Positions 50,576-64,000 of a stretch of 64,000 nucleotides of DNA are shown here, piece by piece (positions within the stretch are counted from its first letter, which is position 1; each line of letters opens with the position of its first letter). This DNA comes from Octopus sinensis. Lineage: Eukaryota. The notes under the pieces are model-generated. The model was not told the DNA's origin, did not search any database, and saw only the letters and a list, made by a program, of their open reading frames with translations. The position numbers and the translations under genes are program-made. The DNA is taken from contig NC_043003.1 in assembly GCF_006345805.1 (NCBI RefSeq), forward strand, positions 41,292,001 through 41,356,000, in the 5' to 3' direction.

Positions 50576-51112
50576 ATTACATAGCGTGCTCTCAATGCAT
50601 TAAAAATGCCAAACGAAAATAAAACACTGCTGTACCCAAACCGCTCAGAGCTGCACTCTCTAGTGTAATGGAATTACGCAATAAAAATAAGGCAAGCGGA
50701 CTATAACAATAATAATGTGATTCAAATTAGAAACGTGCTCTAAAGCAACCTTAAAGAATACTGATGTCATGTTAGATAGAAGCAAAAATAGAGACAAGAG
50801 AGTTAGACTAAACACATAATTGCAAATATTTCGGAATCAATGAACTAGACAGAAATAAAACACAAAGAAATGAAGGAAAAAAGAGAGATTAGGAAGGATA
50901 TAATTTAGACTAATTAGATTAATACTTACAACAATGTTAAAGGAAAAAAGTAATTAACAAGTTAATAGGTATTAATACTCTTACTGTTCCAGTAATAAGC
51001 TACACTTACTATATCTTCATCTGGATGCTAATTGAAATAGCTAGACTAGACAATAAAAACGAAAGAAAAAATAATTATATTATTTAGGCTGCAGCACCTA
51101 AATGCTGACATA

Positions 51113-51154
<42 letters not shown>

Positions 51155-52146
51155 TCACAACAAAACACGGAAGTAACGGTTTTGCACAACGAAAATCTAT
51201 TATAAATATCCACTTTAGAATAGCGAAGATGTCTAGGAAAGAATAATGCGAAACTAATACAAACAGAAACGAAACAGGAACAATATATACATAACTAATA
51301 GTCTTCTGTTTTCCATATGACTGAAAATAGGGGTTCAAATGAAGGATAATTATGAAAAGAAATGGAAATAAATGAAACCGTGAAGAGGCTAAAATCTAAG
51401 TTAGGATTGAGTAATGGAGTACCATGATAAATCGATGGCAAGGGAACTCCCTTTTTTTGGTCAAAGAACTTTGAAAATAGGTCGTATGGAAAAAAGCAAT
51501 CAAACATCACTGATTTAAGAAGCACAAAATGATAAATAAATAAATAAGAACTGAGTATTAAAGATATTTAGCTGCCGTGAAAGATCAAAACGTACCCACC
51601 AGAATAAACTAAAAGTATATGATGAGGTAGACTGCACTAGGAAGAAAGAGGAGGTGTTAAGTACAGATAGAAAATAGAATCGATACAGAAACGATAACTG
51701 GCCAATATTATTAGTTCTGTGGTACTTGCTCAGAGTGCAAATAAGAGGAACAAATATTGTATGTAGGCCAGGCGCACGTTTAATTCAGAAACCCAGTTCC
51801 AGTAATATATTTTACTGTCATCTTCCTCTGATGTACCTAACATATACGTAACACAATAATCAATTCAAACAATACATGTTGTGCAGAATAAGCATCCAAG
51901 ATGGTAACACAAACTAGGCAGCAAACAGAAAACTAACTCTTGGTATAACCATTAACTTTACAACGCTGTATGGGGTGGCTATATAAACAATGTGTTCGGA
52001 GGCAAGAGTGGGTTAGATGAGGGTTGATGAAGGGGCAAAAACCCCACGAGATATGGCACATGCCTTCTTTGCCCATTTGTTGTCTCTAATTTCATTATTT
52101 ATTTACATTTGGTTTCTCCAAAAGAAGCGTTGTTGCAAAAGGTCAG

Positions 52147-52560
52147 TACTCTTTTACTTGTTTCAATCATGTGACTGCAGTCATGTGACTGCAGCAATGC
52201 AGGAACACAGCCTTTAGTCGAGCAAATCGACCCTAGGACTTATTCTTTGTAAGCTTAGTACTTATTCTATCGGTCTCTTTTGCCGAACCAATAAGTTGCG
52301 TGGACGTAAACACACCAGCATCTGTTGTCAAGCGATGTTGGGGGGACAGACACAGGCACACAAACACATACACACATACATATATACATATAGATATATA
52401 TGACGAGCTTCTTTCAGTTTCCGTCTACCAAATCCACTCACAAAGCTTTAGACGATCGGAGGCTATAGTAGAAGACACTTGCCCAAGATGCCTCACAGTG
52501 GGACTGAACCCGGAGCCATGTGGTTGTTAAGCAAGCTACTTACCACACAGCCACTCCTGC
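52147..52560 (-). mobile_element. SINE family A, near full length
   Basis: Colinear with the 41525 copy; has a 13-bp local duplication catgtgactgcag. Confidence 0.93.
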
Positions 52561-53039
52561 AACCTTAATAAAATAATGTAAAGAGCACTGCTAGCACAGT
52601 AGGACGTGGTGTTGGCTCAGAAAAGTATTCAGTATATTTTATAGTATATTATGGTTGCATAACGAAATTCCACGTGCTTCAAATCTTTAAGAAATTCAAG
52701 TTGCTGGAATGCTGAAACACCATCTCACTCTTCTAAAACCAAATGATACAAATGCGTGAAAAAGATTGGGGTGTATCTGGTGCTGCAGTAGTAGCTTGCA
52801 TAAAACAAGCAAAGTACAACGTCAGAAGATTATTTGAGGAAAATTAATTTAATAAGTCATTTCATTTGTATTTATTTATCGTCTTCAGGATGAAGACAGG
52901 TAAAATGGATTTCTGGACCTGAAGTCAGAAAGTAAAGAGTAAGTTCTAAATTTCATTACATTACTTTCTCTGACGATTCTGCTAATCCGCCACTTTCGTA
53001 ATAATTATAAAACTGCTTAGAAGCGGACAACATCCTTCA

Positions 53040-53185
53040 CCAGCACTTCATCAATAATTATTTCATCGAACTGGAGAGATGAAAAGGAAAGCGGACAACA
53101 ATAAGATTTGAATTCAAATCGTAAAGAGTATAACTGGATATCTCAAGGCATTTGGTAAAACACTAACATTTGAGCAAATCCACCA
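53040..53185 (-). mobile_element. SINE family B, very old copy
   Basis: gatgaaaaggaaagcggac..gatttgaattcaaatcgta weakly matches the family B body. Confidence 0.45.
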
Positions 53186-53850
53186 TGGTCCTAAAGAAAT
53201 GAAGAAAAATACATTTTTTCTTCTTCTAACATTAAAATATAACTACCGCAATGCTGATGATGAAACAGACAAAATAAATGATGATGGTGATGATGATAAC
53301 AAGAACGACGACGACGACAACGACAACGACGACGCTGCTGATGGCTATGATGAACGATGACAATGATGATGAATTAGAGGAACATTATGTTTTTTTATTA
53401 GTAATACTTTAAGATTCATTTCCTCGTGCACATAAAAAAGACAAGGTTGACTGAACAAGCAAAGTCAATGAGGTGGAAAATACTTAGTATGGCAATCAGT
53501 AAGGCCACAACGTTCAATGGTCACTTAACATGCGACACTGCCATAATGATCGGCTATGATCTTGATTTCTGATTGACTACCAACTAACGACTACCCTTCC
53601 ACATAATATGAAACTAGCTACATTTCTTTTGACTCATTCTCTTCATCAACCTAACCTCGCTCTCTCACTCTCTCTATTTCCTTCTCATTTTTTATACCCT
53701 CTCTTCTTCATTCTTCTATCTCTCACGATATCTTTAGCAACCCTTATCTCTGTATATGGTTGGAAAGAAAAAAATATAATTGTACTGTTTGTCACTGATA
53801 TACTTTAGTGATATATTTGTGTGAAAGCAACTATACATGTACGTACCTAC

Positions 53851-53881
<31 letters not shown>

Positions 53882-54285
53882 GTATGTATGTATGTATGTA
53901 TGTAGTATGTATGTATGTATGTATGTATGTATGTATGTATGAATGTATGTATGTATGCATGAATGTATGTATGTATATGTGTGAGGGGCGCGCGTGTATA
54001 TGTATAGGTCTGTTAAGTATGCATGCTAGTGTATGTTGATATGTTACAAATTTGTGTGTGTGTATGTAGGTATGTATATAAAATACAACATAATATAATA
54101 TAATTTAATATAAGTATAGCAGTATCTATTATAAATATGACAGTATATATGTATGTATATATGTATGTATGTTGCAGATTTTAAAAACTTTTCCCGTCTA
54201 ATTTGTGTGTGTGTGGATGTGTGTGTGCGTGTGTGTATGTGTGTGTATACATACTTACAAAAACACACATACGTATATATACATA

Positions 54286-54363
<78 letters not shown>

Positions 54364-54452
54364 ACAGACGCATATACATATACGTACACGTATATATCGT
54401 AATGTATTCTTGCTGCAAATAGCTGATATAAATTCAATTCGTTAGCTAGAGT

Positions 54453-54522
<70 letters not shown>

Positions 54523-56952
54523 TATATATATATACCTTTTTATTTATATATATGTCCTAAGAAACGTTTCCAGAAACGTTCACATGATTTTAGATAGAAC
54601 CCCCATAAATGTAGCTTCGCAGCCCATCCAGTATTTATAAAAATATCTAAATTTTCATTAAGCTCCTTTGGTAGTTATATTTCGTTAAGTCTCAAATAAG
54701 ATGGAGTCCGTTGAGAAATTTTGTATCCTACCATCACACACATTCACACAGACAAACAAATACACAGGCACACACATGCACAAATATACACACATATTTG
54801 ATGGCGTGTGGTGTCGAGTTGGTCTTCAAACTCAATACGTGGGGAGCCATCTAAGTTGCATTACTGTGCTGATGTACCAGAAAGAAGATAGATGGTTCGC
54901 ATAACGCTTTTTGAAATCGTCTTCACATAACATGATGTAATTCTTTTCAATTAAGTTAACTTATGGCGTTGCTGTTACTGCTGCCTTATAGAAGACAACG
55001 TTTATCATACAGGCCTAGTCCAGTCAGAAAGCTTATGGGTATCGGTGTCCACAACTAGCAGCGGAATCTTGTACAATTTTACTAATGTTAACGTTCTTCA
55101 CTATCCAACTCCACACCACGTACAATCAAGTGGGGAATTGTGGAGAAATTCAAGCCATATGATAATAGATGTAAGAAATGCAACTAATGCCTAGCAGAAA
55201 GATCTCATTCCTTTTAGATGCAAGAATTCTAACACACTGCTTAATTCTAGATCTGAAATTTTTACCAGGTGTAAACACGTTGAAAAGTTTCATTAATTGA
55301 ACTGGAGGACGCCATCCTCCCCAGACTGAGTTGCTATCTGACTGACTTTCACATGTTTTCTGTTTTGTCCTATACCAGCAGCATTAACTGTGGTTTCTTC
55401 AATGAGGCATGACGGAGATTTTGGCTTTCTTACTTTTGTTTCTTTCTTCTCGTTCCATATTTTGCATCAACCTTCTTCGCGTTTTCTTCTTGTTTTGTCT
55501 TACTTTCTCACTGTCGGGTATACATGCTTCTTTTTAGAATATATTTAACTCAAAAACAGAGACTGAAAGACTGTTTGGAGGTATAAATATGCCTTATTAA
55601 GGTATCATAAAAGCATGAAATTATTAGTAGCTCTTTCAGTATGTGCATTAAATTGATATATGTATATATAAAAGCAATATCATTTCTGGGAATATTCACC
55701 AGAAAGTACTCCAGTTTCTCCGAGTTCTCTCACGTCTTCTTACGACCCAGGTGTATATAAAGATTTACTCTATGTTTATAACATTTCATAAGAAACATAT
55801 AGGAAAAATACAGATTGTATTTGAATATTACACTGATTATTGAGCGAATGATGGAAGCAATTTATAACATATTGCTGCATTTAAAGCTCTCCAGCGAAAA
55901 ACATAATGGGATTGAATGAAGGCGGTGTGGAAACGGAGGCTTGTGAGTCTTCAGCCTTACAAGAATAGAATGGGAATATGTAAAACCTGAAGACAGCTGA
56001 TAAGATTTTCAGTAAGATTCTGTGTACCATTGAAGACTTTTACACGTAAAAAGATCATATGATACTTCCTTTAAAAGTGTATAAGAAAAATAAAGGGACT
56101 CGTCGTATGCAAACTTATAAATGCATAGTTACACATGCCTACACGCAGAATTGAGCAAAAATACTTATATACATTCGGCTACCAACTTCCCCACGCGCGC
56201 ACTCTTGCATACATACATACATACATACATACATACATACATACATACATACATACATACATACATACAAACATACATACATACATATACAAGTAAGAGT
56301 GTGTGAATTTGTGCGTGCGTGCATAAGCATATATATGTATAATTATATGCATATAAAGATATATATGTGTGTGTGCGCGTGCGTGTATATATATATACAC
56401 AAATGGTGTATGAAAAGGTTTGAGCTTTGAAGTCTTGTACAATGTTTTGTTTTGTTTTTTGAGGCTCAAGATTTTTCATACACCCTTCGTGTGTATATAT
56501 ATATATATATATATACGCACACACACTTGTGTGTGTGTTTGTATCAAATGCGACAGAAAAAATATCTCGTTGATGGTATTGAACACCTGGTATACTGTCA
56601 CATATTTGTCAACGACTTGTCTCTGGAGATAAGTTTCTTATTGCCCAGTTGCCAGAAAACATTTTATAGGTACTTAGACTAGATCTGAGACATATGAAAG
56701 TCAACAGTATAAATATATCGACAAATGTAGTGAACACTCTCCCATTGGTCCTGGTAAATTATGAAGGGCAAATCTTATTAGAAACCTTAAACTCTGAAAT
56801 CACATTCAGGACCATAAAATATCTAGCTTGATGAGTTACATTTCTAATTCCAAATAATCCCGTAGTTTCCTCGCGATGATTTCGCTATAAATAATCATAT
56901 ATAGAGAGAGTTGGTTTTAAATTTATTTCATAAATGATTTTGTTAACTCACT

Positions 56953-57185
56953 TAGGTGGCAAGCTGGTAGGAACATTAGCAACCCGGCAATATTCTTAGT
57001 GATGTTTCGTTCGTCTTTACGTACGAATTTGAAATTCAGCTGAGCATGACATTGCCTTTCATCCTATTGAGGTCGATAATATAAGTACCAGTCGATAATA
57101 TAAGTCCAGTCGAGCACTGGTGTCGATATAATCAGTAATTCGCTTCCCTCCAAATTTCAAGGTTTGTGTCTGTTCTATAAAGCAT
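56953..57185 (+). mobile_element. SINE family B monomer, diverged
   Basis: ggtggcaagctggtaggaacattagca head; gcctttcatcc body; local duplication of gtcgataatataagt. Confidence 0.8.
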
Positions 57186-57677
57186 CATATTTAAACAGAC
57201 TGTTGAAAGTTTGTTTGAAAAGAGCATGGACAGAAAATAAGCATCGGCCGAAAATCATAAGTTTTTATCGTAAATAAGGAAGAAATATTTCACTCCAGCT
57301 TTGAACTTGTATTGCTGACGAACAATAATTACTTCCCCTTCCTACACCATAAAAAACATACTGATCAAAATTACTCATACTTTCTCCACACTATACTCTA
57401 GTGAAAATATCAAGTGAAAATATTTAATATTCTCAGCTGGACACGAAAGGAGTAGACAAAGAGGTATTTCTTGGAAAGAATAAGCAGAAATATTTACCTA
57501 AAGGGTAGTGGGAATATACATTTCATTAGTATAACAAAAGAATAAAGTATATACTGATAATGTATCTGATGTATAAAATTACTGGTTGATGCTTTTGAAT
57601 TTCTTGCATCGATAATTTTGTAGGCATCGGGCTGTGTTCTGCCTTCGGCCTGTTTGGGCCTGAACGCAATTAATGCA

Positions 57678-57742
<65 letters not shown>

Positions 57743-58111
57743 TTGTTACTTTCGTCTTCACAAAAGTTTTTACAAAGAGGTAACTTTAATATTGCTACAC
57801 CTAACGTGCTCGAATGATATCATAATTAGTAATAATTTTACTATTTTCATACTTATTAATTAAAATGTGCTGGACTACAGAACTTGTAGGGTGATGAAGT
57901 AATGAGTAATGCATTGTGGTACTTCCTTTGATCATCTTACGTTCTGCGTTCAATGCATACCAGAGTCAAATTTGAAACTCGGTATTTCTAATATCGACGA
58001 AATACATACCAGCCAAACAAATGAACAGACTTGTCACCACAAAAATGCGTAGACTTAAAAAATAATCATTATTATCACAGCAGAAACATTAGTATTATTA
58101 TCATAATTATT

Positions 58112-58222
58112 AAAGGCGGCGTGCTGGCAGAAACATTAGCACGACGGGCGAAATGCTGAGCGGTATTTCGTCTGCTGCTACGTTTTGAGTTCAAATTCCG
58201 CCGAGGTCGACATTGCCCTTCG
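58112..58222 (+). mobile_element. SINE family B head fragment
   Basis: ggcggcgtgctggcagaaacattagcacgacgggcgaaatg..gagttcaaattccgccgaggtcgac. Confidence 0.88.
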
Positions 58223-58475
58223 ATACATTTCTAAATCTCCCAGGAAATGTGTCAAGTCCAACAGGAAACGGTGTTTCCTATGGCTAAATAACAATTGTAT
58301 TCTTCCCTTTCATGGGACTGTCACATTAAGATGAAGATTTGATAATGATAATGATGATGAAATACAAAGGTATCAGCAACGCCAGCATCAGTCAGCAACC
58401 GCAGTAGTAATAGTAGTATAAGTAGTAGTAAGGCAATTAAGATTCAAAAGAATGGAAGGAAAAGTCAGCTAGAGT

Positions 58476-58649
58476 AGGCGCAGGAGTGGCTGTGTGGTAA
58501 ATAGCTTGCTTACCAGCCACATGTTCCAGGTTCAATCCCACTGCTTGGTACCTTGGGCAAGTGTCTTCTACTATAGCCACGGACCGACCAAAGTGAGTGG
58601 ATTTGGTAGATGGAAACTGAAAGAAGCCCATCGTATACATATATATGTA

Positions 58650-58718
<69 letters not shown>

Positions 58719-58944
58719 GTGTGTATGTTTATGTGTCTGTGTTTGTCCCCCAACATCGCTTGACAACTGATGCTGGTGTGTTTACGTCCCCATAACTTAG
58801 CAGTTCGGCAATAATTACTAGAATAAGTACTAGGCTTACAAAGAATAAGTCCTGGGGTCGATTTGTTCAACTAAAGGCGGTGCTCCAGCATGGCTGCAGT
58901 CAAAAATACTGAAACAAGTAAAAGAAGAAAAGAGTAAAAGAATA
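58476..58944 (+). mobile_element. SINE family A, full length with an expanded internal (TA)n
   Basis: aggcgcaggagtggctgtgtggta head, ccttgggcaagtg motif, ~100-bp internal microsatellite, tail gtaaaagaata. Confidence 0.93.
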
Positions 58945-59557
58945 CAATAACTACTACTGTAGCAACAATTACAGCTACAATCTCTTTAGAATTAATAATT
59001 TCCATACCAATAATAAGATCTATATTTCCGTTTTAATTTATGCCTCGCAATAACAGTATTAACACCAATAATATGTACGTATCAGTAGAAAAAATATATA
59101 TATAAAAAACGCAACGACAATTGCAAAACAATACAAAAAGTTATCCAGAAGGTATTTACGCCTGACGAGAACAGCTGGTTGAGGGTCATCTTGAGTCAGT
59201 TGCCAAGCACAATTATCGTTTCAGAAGTGAGCTGATAGAATTTTATACGATCTCAACGTGAAGTTAGTTGAACAAATCTCAGATATTCCAACTTACCTCG
59301 AGGATATCGTAGCACAGCTCTTACAAAGATACAAACTTTAAGATCTAGCAAAAAAAATTCCCCTACATAGAGGCCATGTCAAAACTTTACAAAGAAAATA
59401 TGTTTCAGTGGGTGTTTTAAATAATGATGCAATGTTGTTAATATATTTTTTAAAAAACAGACGTAATGCAATAGATGTAGAGAAAAATATATGAGGAACG
59501 TAAAGTCAATTCTTTCAGTATTTATATAGAGTTTTGGAGTTATTCATGAACAAATTT

Positions 59558-59850
59558 TTGTTTTGTGTTGTACTGGCCGTTGTTTAGATCATGTCAGATA
59601 TGTTCGAGTGGAGCTATCTTAGTTGGTTACCTTCTCGAATCATTTCGATTTCCATGGTGTATGAATTCCCCACCTGGACGGGACGCTGGTTCGTCGCAGG
59701 ATTATTCATTTATACCGGCTGAGTTGACTGGAGCAGCGGGAAATGAAGTATTTCCCTCAAGAACACAACGCCTCTCCCGGTCCAAGGATCGAAACCATAA
59801 TCTTAAGGTCATGAGCCCAACACCCTAAGCACTAAACGATGACCCTACAC
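59558..59850 (-). mobile_element. SINE family E (tRNA-derived)
   Basis: Minus strand has ggtttcgatcc (B box), gttgtgttcttgag, gctccagtcaactcagc (shared with family C) and cctgcgacgaaccagcgtcccgtccagg. Confidence 0.7.
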
Positions 59851-60553
59851 AGTAGACCTATGGGTCGTGCATGTAGTTGGTTGAACGAATCTGAGCTATT
59901 ACCAAATCCTTTCTACAGGATATATCTTAAATGCATATTAATGAGAATTGCATTGCACATTCTAACATACAGTGCCATAATGTTTTCAGTTTGTTGCTTT
60001 ATCTCGAGTGCTATGGATCTTAGTACCCTTGTAGTTTCTGAGATTTGGCAAAATAAAAAGGTAAGCAACTTATGCATGATCAGAGTGGTACATTTCCTGT
60101 TACTATATATAATTATCGTAATCGATGTACATCCAAGATTAATGTTAGAAGTTAATGATGTTATTAGAATTGCATGAGTTTGATTATATTTCTTTGACAA
60201 ACGGGACATGAGTGTCTCGTTTCCATCAATGTCACAAAGACACAATCAATACTCATCTCAGCGAAATCAACATGTAATTCGTCCGCTCTACATTTCCTTG
60301 TCAGTACAGTTGTTGGCAAAAGTAGATTTATGAACAACTACAACAGTGTTTTCACAGATAAAATTATAAACAAATTTAAAGTTTATTAAATTACATTTAG
60401 TCTTAGTGTGAAAATCGACATATTGGTTACACGTCTTTTTACAGAAAGTATGAATTGAAGAGTAACTTAGATTATTTTACCGTTTCTTACCGATTCATCA
60501 AGGCTTATGTTAATTAATCTGTGACGTCTATGGGTCAAATGATATGCTACGTA

Positions 60554-61796
60554 CCAGAGGTGTTCATTAAAGATTTTTCCTGACCGACTTGCAAAGGACT
60601 GGGATGAACGAAACTTGTCATAATTATTAGTCCTTCTCTATATAACCATCACCATTGCTGACACACTTCTCCCATTGCTTTATACAACTGTTAAGACTTT
60701 GTCTGTAGAAGTTCGTAGGTTGTATCTGGAGCCAAGACTTTACCTCGGAAATAAGTTCATCATCATTCGAAAAGTTCTTCCCTTCCAGAGAAGACTTCAT
60801 GTCTGGAAAGAGGTGGAAGTCAGATGTTGCGAGGTTGGGAGAGTAAGGGGGGTGATGAAGGCTTTCATAGCCGCAGGAGTGTGCTTTCAGCTGGGCAACA
60901 TGTGCATTGTGAACTGGGCGTTGTCTTGGAGGAGGCGGACTACTTTGTTTAGCATGCTACACTTCTCTGATTCGATGGCGTCCCGCAATTTCTGCCGCAG
61001 AGAAGTTAATTGTGGTCACTTTTGCTAGAATAATCCGTCATCAATACTCCGCGCTGATCCCAAAAGAGTGTGAACACAAACGTTCTTTGGAGGTGGTGCG
61101 TTATCATGCTTCCCTTGCTTCGACTGGACTTTAGTCTCGGGATCATGGTGATAAACCCATGTTTCAACATGTCTGATAATTCCGCGGGAAAATGTCCTCC
61201 TTGTTTTTATTTCGAAAGAGCCCGAGAGCAATTACTCGTTTCTGCTTCTGGAAAGGTGTGAGAATCCGGGAAATCCATCGTGCAGACAACTTCCGCATGT
61301 GCAAATGGTCGTGAATGTTTTTTTCTGCGGACCCTACGCTTATCTTCACTTCCTGGACAAGTTGCTGAATAATTATGCGGCGATCCTCCAAAATGGTGCC
61401 TTCCACTTTATGGATGGTGTCATCATTAATGGCGGAATATGGTCGTCCAAGAATAGGAGCAGTTTCCATCGATGTCCAACCACATTTGAACTGGCGGTGC
61501 TAGTGTTTGACTAAGTCGTATGATGGTGCATCGTCACTATAAACCGTTCATCTCGTCGAAAGTCTCTTTTGATGTTCGATCTTTCAAGTATAAGAACCTG
61601 ATCACTGATCTGCATTCAATTGCCTTCCCTTTAATAATTTAGTCCACTTCAGCAGCCTAAGGGACAAAAGAGTACTGACGAAAAGCTAGTATTTACAATG
61701 TGACATGTAGAGACATGTATGATTATATCTGTACAAGTTCCGTTTCCTGCACTAAACGGAAGTAGGTCAGAGGAAATCTTTAATGAACAAGCCACG
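60554..61796 (-). mobile_element. Full-length decayed mariner (D,D34D), 1243 bp
   Basis: TIR cores tgttcattaaagattt..ctgacc.act at both ends; TA at 60552-53 and 61797-98. Confidence 0.93.
60627..61635 (-). pseudogene. mariner transposase with frameshifts and stops
   Basis: AIECRSVIRFL..; RKLSARWISRILT (WVPRxL-like); ETWVYHHDPETK; LLQDNA..HPPYSPNLATSDF with 34 residues between the Asp residues after one -1 correction; ends CVSNGDGYIEKD*. Confidence 0.92.
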
Positions 61797-61875
61797 TATG
61801 ATATAATCAAATTCATGTTTTGCTTTGTAATTCTTTATCCTACTCCATTTTTTACGCCATAACTCAGCGGTTCTT

Positions 61876-61937
<62 letters not shown>

Positions 61938-62093
61938 GATCGTATGAATTAAAAAGCTCGAGGTACCAGTAATGACCAGGGGAACTTGTCCTGTTGTTCT
62001 TGGCGAGCCCTGTGGTTTAATTCGTGCAAAATTAAGCACATTTTAAAAACATACATTTAGTTTTTATCGTAAATGCATTTCCAAATCTCTCTA

Positions 62094-62148
<55 letters not shown>

Positions 62149-63385
62149 AGATATATCTGTCTGTCCGTCTGTCTCCTCTCACTTACTCTCTCCCCCTCAC
62201 TCTCTGTATATAAAGATAACAGATAAAAGTTATTATATTATATGTGCAAGGACCTCAGTATATTAATCTTTTAAGATAGCACGAGGATGTTTAACTCCAA
62301 TTTTTTCATATGGTGAAATACTTGAAATCTTAGAATGCTTATCTTGATATCTTACAGTCTTTCGTTTATAACGCTTTAAATACTGATTCGAAATTGAGTG
62401 GATCTCATGTAGCCTTTCATTCATATAATCCTATTAGAGAAGCGATGTACTGAATCTGTTGCAATATGATTATATTCCTCTTTATTTTAAATAATTTCAT
62501 CACTAAGGAGAAGCAATTTATTATTTCCTATAACCGTTTTCGATTGAGCACATAATATTTTTCTTGAAATTGAGATAGTTGCTTCATTAGTAAAAATCTT
62601 ATTTTTATATTCTGAGTCAACATCTTCAAAAATCTAATATTTTCTCAGCATCAGTGTTCGTTAATGATAGCTTTCATTATTATTAAATCCATTTTCAAGT
62701 AGAGGACTAAAGCTCATTTGTTTGTAGAAGCCTGGTCCTTGAAATAGTTTCCAATTCAATAATTATTTTGGAAATAGGTTGAAAACAATTCGAATTCAAT
62801 CTCTTGGAGAAACTAAGCTTTTCTTAGATCATTGCGGTGCTAATCTATTTTCACTGAATCATCTTTATTACTAATATGTTTGCATTTAATTCAAGAAATA
62901 TTTGTTTTACGCTCCCGAAAAGAATCTAATGCAGATATAATTCGCTTGTTCAAGAAAACAAATCGAAAGCGCAGCATCATCGCAAATCCAGAACAACAGA
63001 TTGTCGAAAGAATGAGAATCCCAATATAGTGTAGATCTTCCAAGCTAATGGCACCATTCTTAGATGTTTCAGTTTCGCAGGTATTGCAGTGATGTCAAAA
63101 GTTAATTTATTTTCGAAATGCTGTTAATTATCTACGTTAAAATAATATGCCTTAAATTCTAAAAATATATTTTATCTGAGTTACATGTTGTGGATATCTA
63201 CATTATGCCAACAGATCAATCTAGTTGCTTGATTGACGTGGTAAAAAATATAATCGAATCCTTCTCATATTTGACTCAAAAGAAAAAGGGAAAGAATTGC
63301 TAGATAAATGAAATCCTCTCTTTTAGTCCTTAATAATATGTCTGTTCTTATAGAGTTGGAACTGGACTAAGAAGCCGTAAGTACG

Positions 63386-63500
63386 TCTTCTTCTTCTTCT
63401 TCTTCTTCTTCTTCTTCTTCTTCTCTTCTTCTTCTTCTTGTCTACCTGTCTGCCTGTCTGTCTGTCTCTCTCTCTCATCCTCCTCTCTCTCTCTCTCTCC
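63386..63500. repeat. (TTC)n-(CTGT)n-(CT)n microsatellite
   Basis: Direct reading. Confidence 0.95.
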
Positions 63501-63589
63501 TGTGAATGTTTCCAGATTACGTTGCGATAAGATAAATTTTGGTCGCTGGAGTGGCATGCACGATTGGGTGGGTCACAAGATATCACCTC

Positions 63590-63735
63590 AACCACCACTA
63601 CTACTACCACCACCAACACCAACACCAACACCATCACTATCAACCACCTCCACGACTATCATCATCATAGTCATCGTCACTGCCATCATTATCATCATCA
63701 TCATCATCGTCGTCGTCGTCGTCCTCGTCGTCGTC
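63590..63735. repeat. Compound (ACC)/(ATC)/(GTC) triplet repeat
   Basis: Direct reading. Confidence 0.9.
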
Positions 63736-63871
63736 ATCTTTAAAATTGTCGGCAATTGCATGATCAGAGGTGATCTGTATCGGGACAAAATTATCCTTAC
63801 TTGCGTCGCCATCACAATCACCATGAAACACTTATTTTTGTCTATTCAAGGAAAGACATAAGTATACTTAC

Positions 63872-63909
63872 CTTACCGAGAACACTAATAGTATGAGTAA
63901 AATCATCAT
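63872..63909 (-). CDS. Candidate first coding exon with signal-peptide-like MMILLILLVFSV
   Basis: ATG at 63909, 12 mostly hydrophobic codons, then a perfect AAG|GTAAGT donor. No downstream partner exon established. Confidence 0.2.
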
Positions 63910-63969
63910 CAAATTAAATCTCGGCGACACATTGTAGTGCGTAGTCTTTGATGCTACTTATTACTTGTT

Positions 63970-64000
63970 TTAGTCATTAGACGAGGGCCATGCTGGAGCA
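63970..64000 (-). mobile_element. Start of a SINE family A tail (runs off the window)
   Basis: agtcattagacgagggccatgctggagca matches cagtcatttgactgcggccatgctggagca. Confidence 0.7.

Noticed and set aside
57437-57463. 27-nt plus-strand AG/GT-bounded segment
   Set aside because: Isolated; recorded as evidence that microexon-like signals occur by chance on both strands.

Overview
AT-rich, microsatellite-dense eukaryotic non-coding DNA. The SINE families, recognised from memory rather than a database search, point to a coleoid cephalopod, most likely Octopus. No host protein-coding gene, rRNA, tRNA gene or CRISPR array can be confidently identified, and nearly all listed ORFs are translations of (TA)n/(CA)n/(TATG)n/(GATA)n repeats. 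The window is a mosaic of mobile elements: at least five tRNA-derived SINE or SINE-like families; a 5'-truncated R4/Dong-type RLE retrotransposon inside an (AAT)n microsatellite; a CR1/L2-like RT fragment; several Penelope-like element (PLE) remnants (RT, GIY-YIG, terminal repeats); a full-length decayed D,D34D mariner; a Tc2/pogo-type MITE; and a probable piggyBac C-terminal remnant. The most notable structures are six minimal type-I hammerhead-ribozyme-like motifs in several terminal-repeat families (one with an intact catalytic core at 35.65 kb), several long hairpins, a SINE occurring twice as a head-plus-three-unit multimer, and a speculative cluster of frame-preserving minus-strand microexon candidates at 50.6-51.9 kb. 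Boundaries of degenerate elements are approximate.
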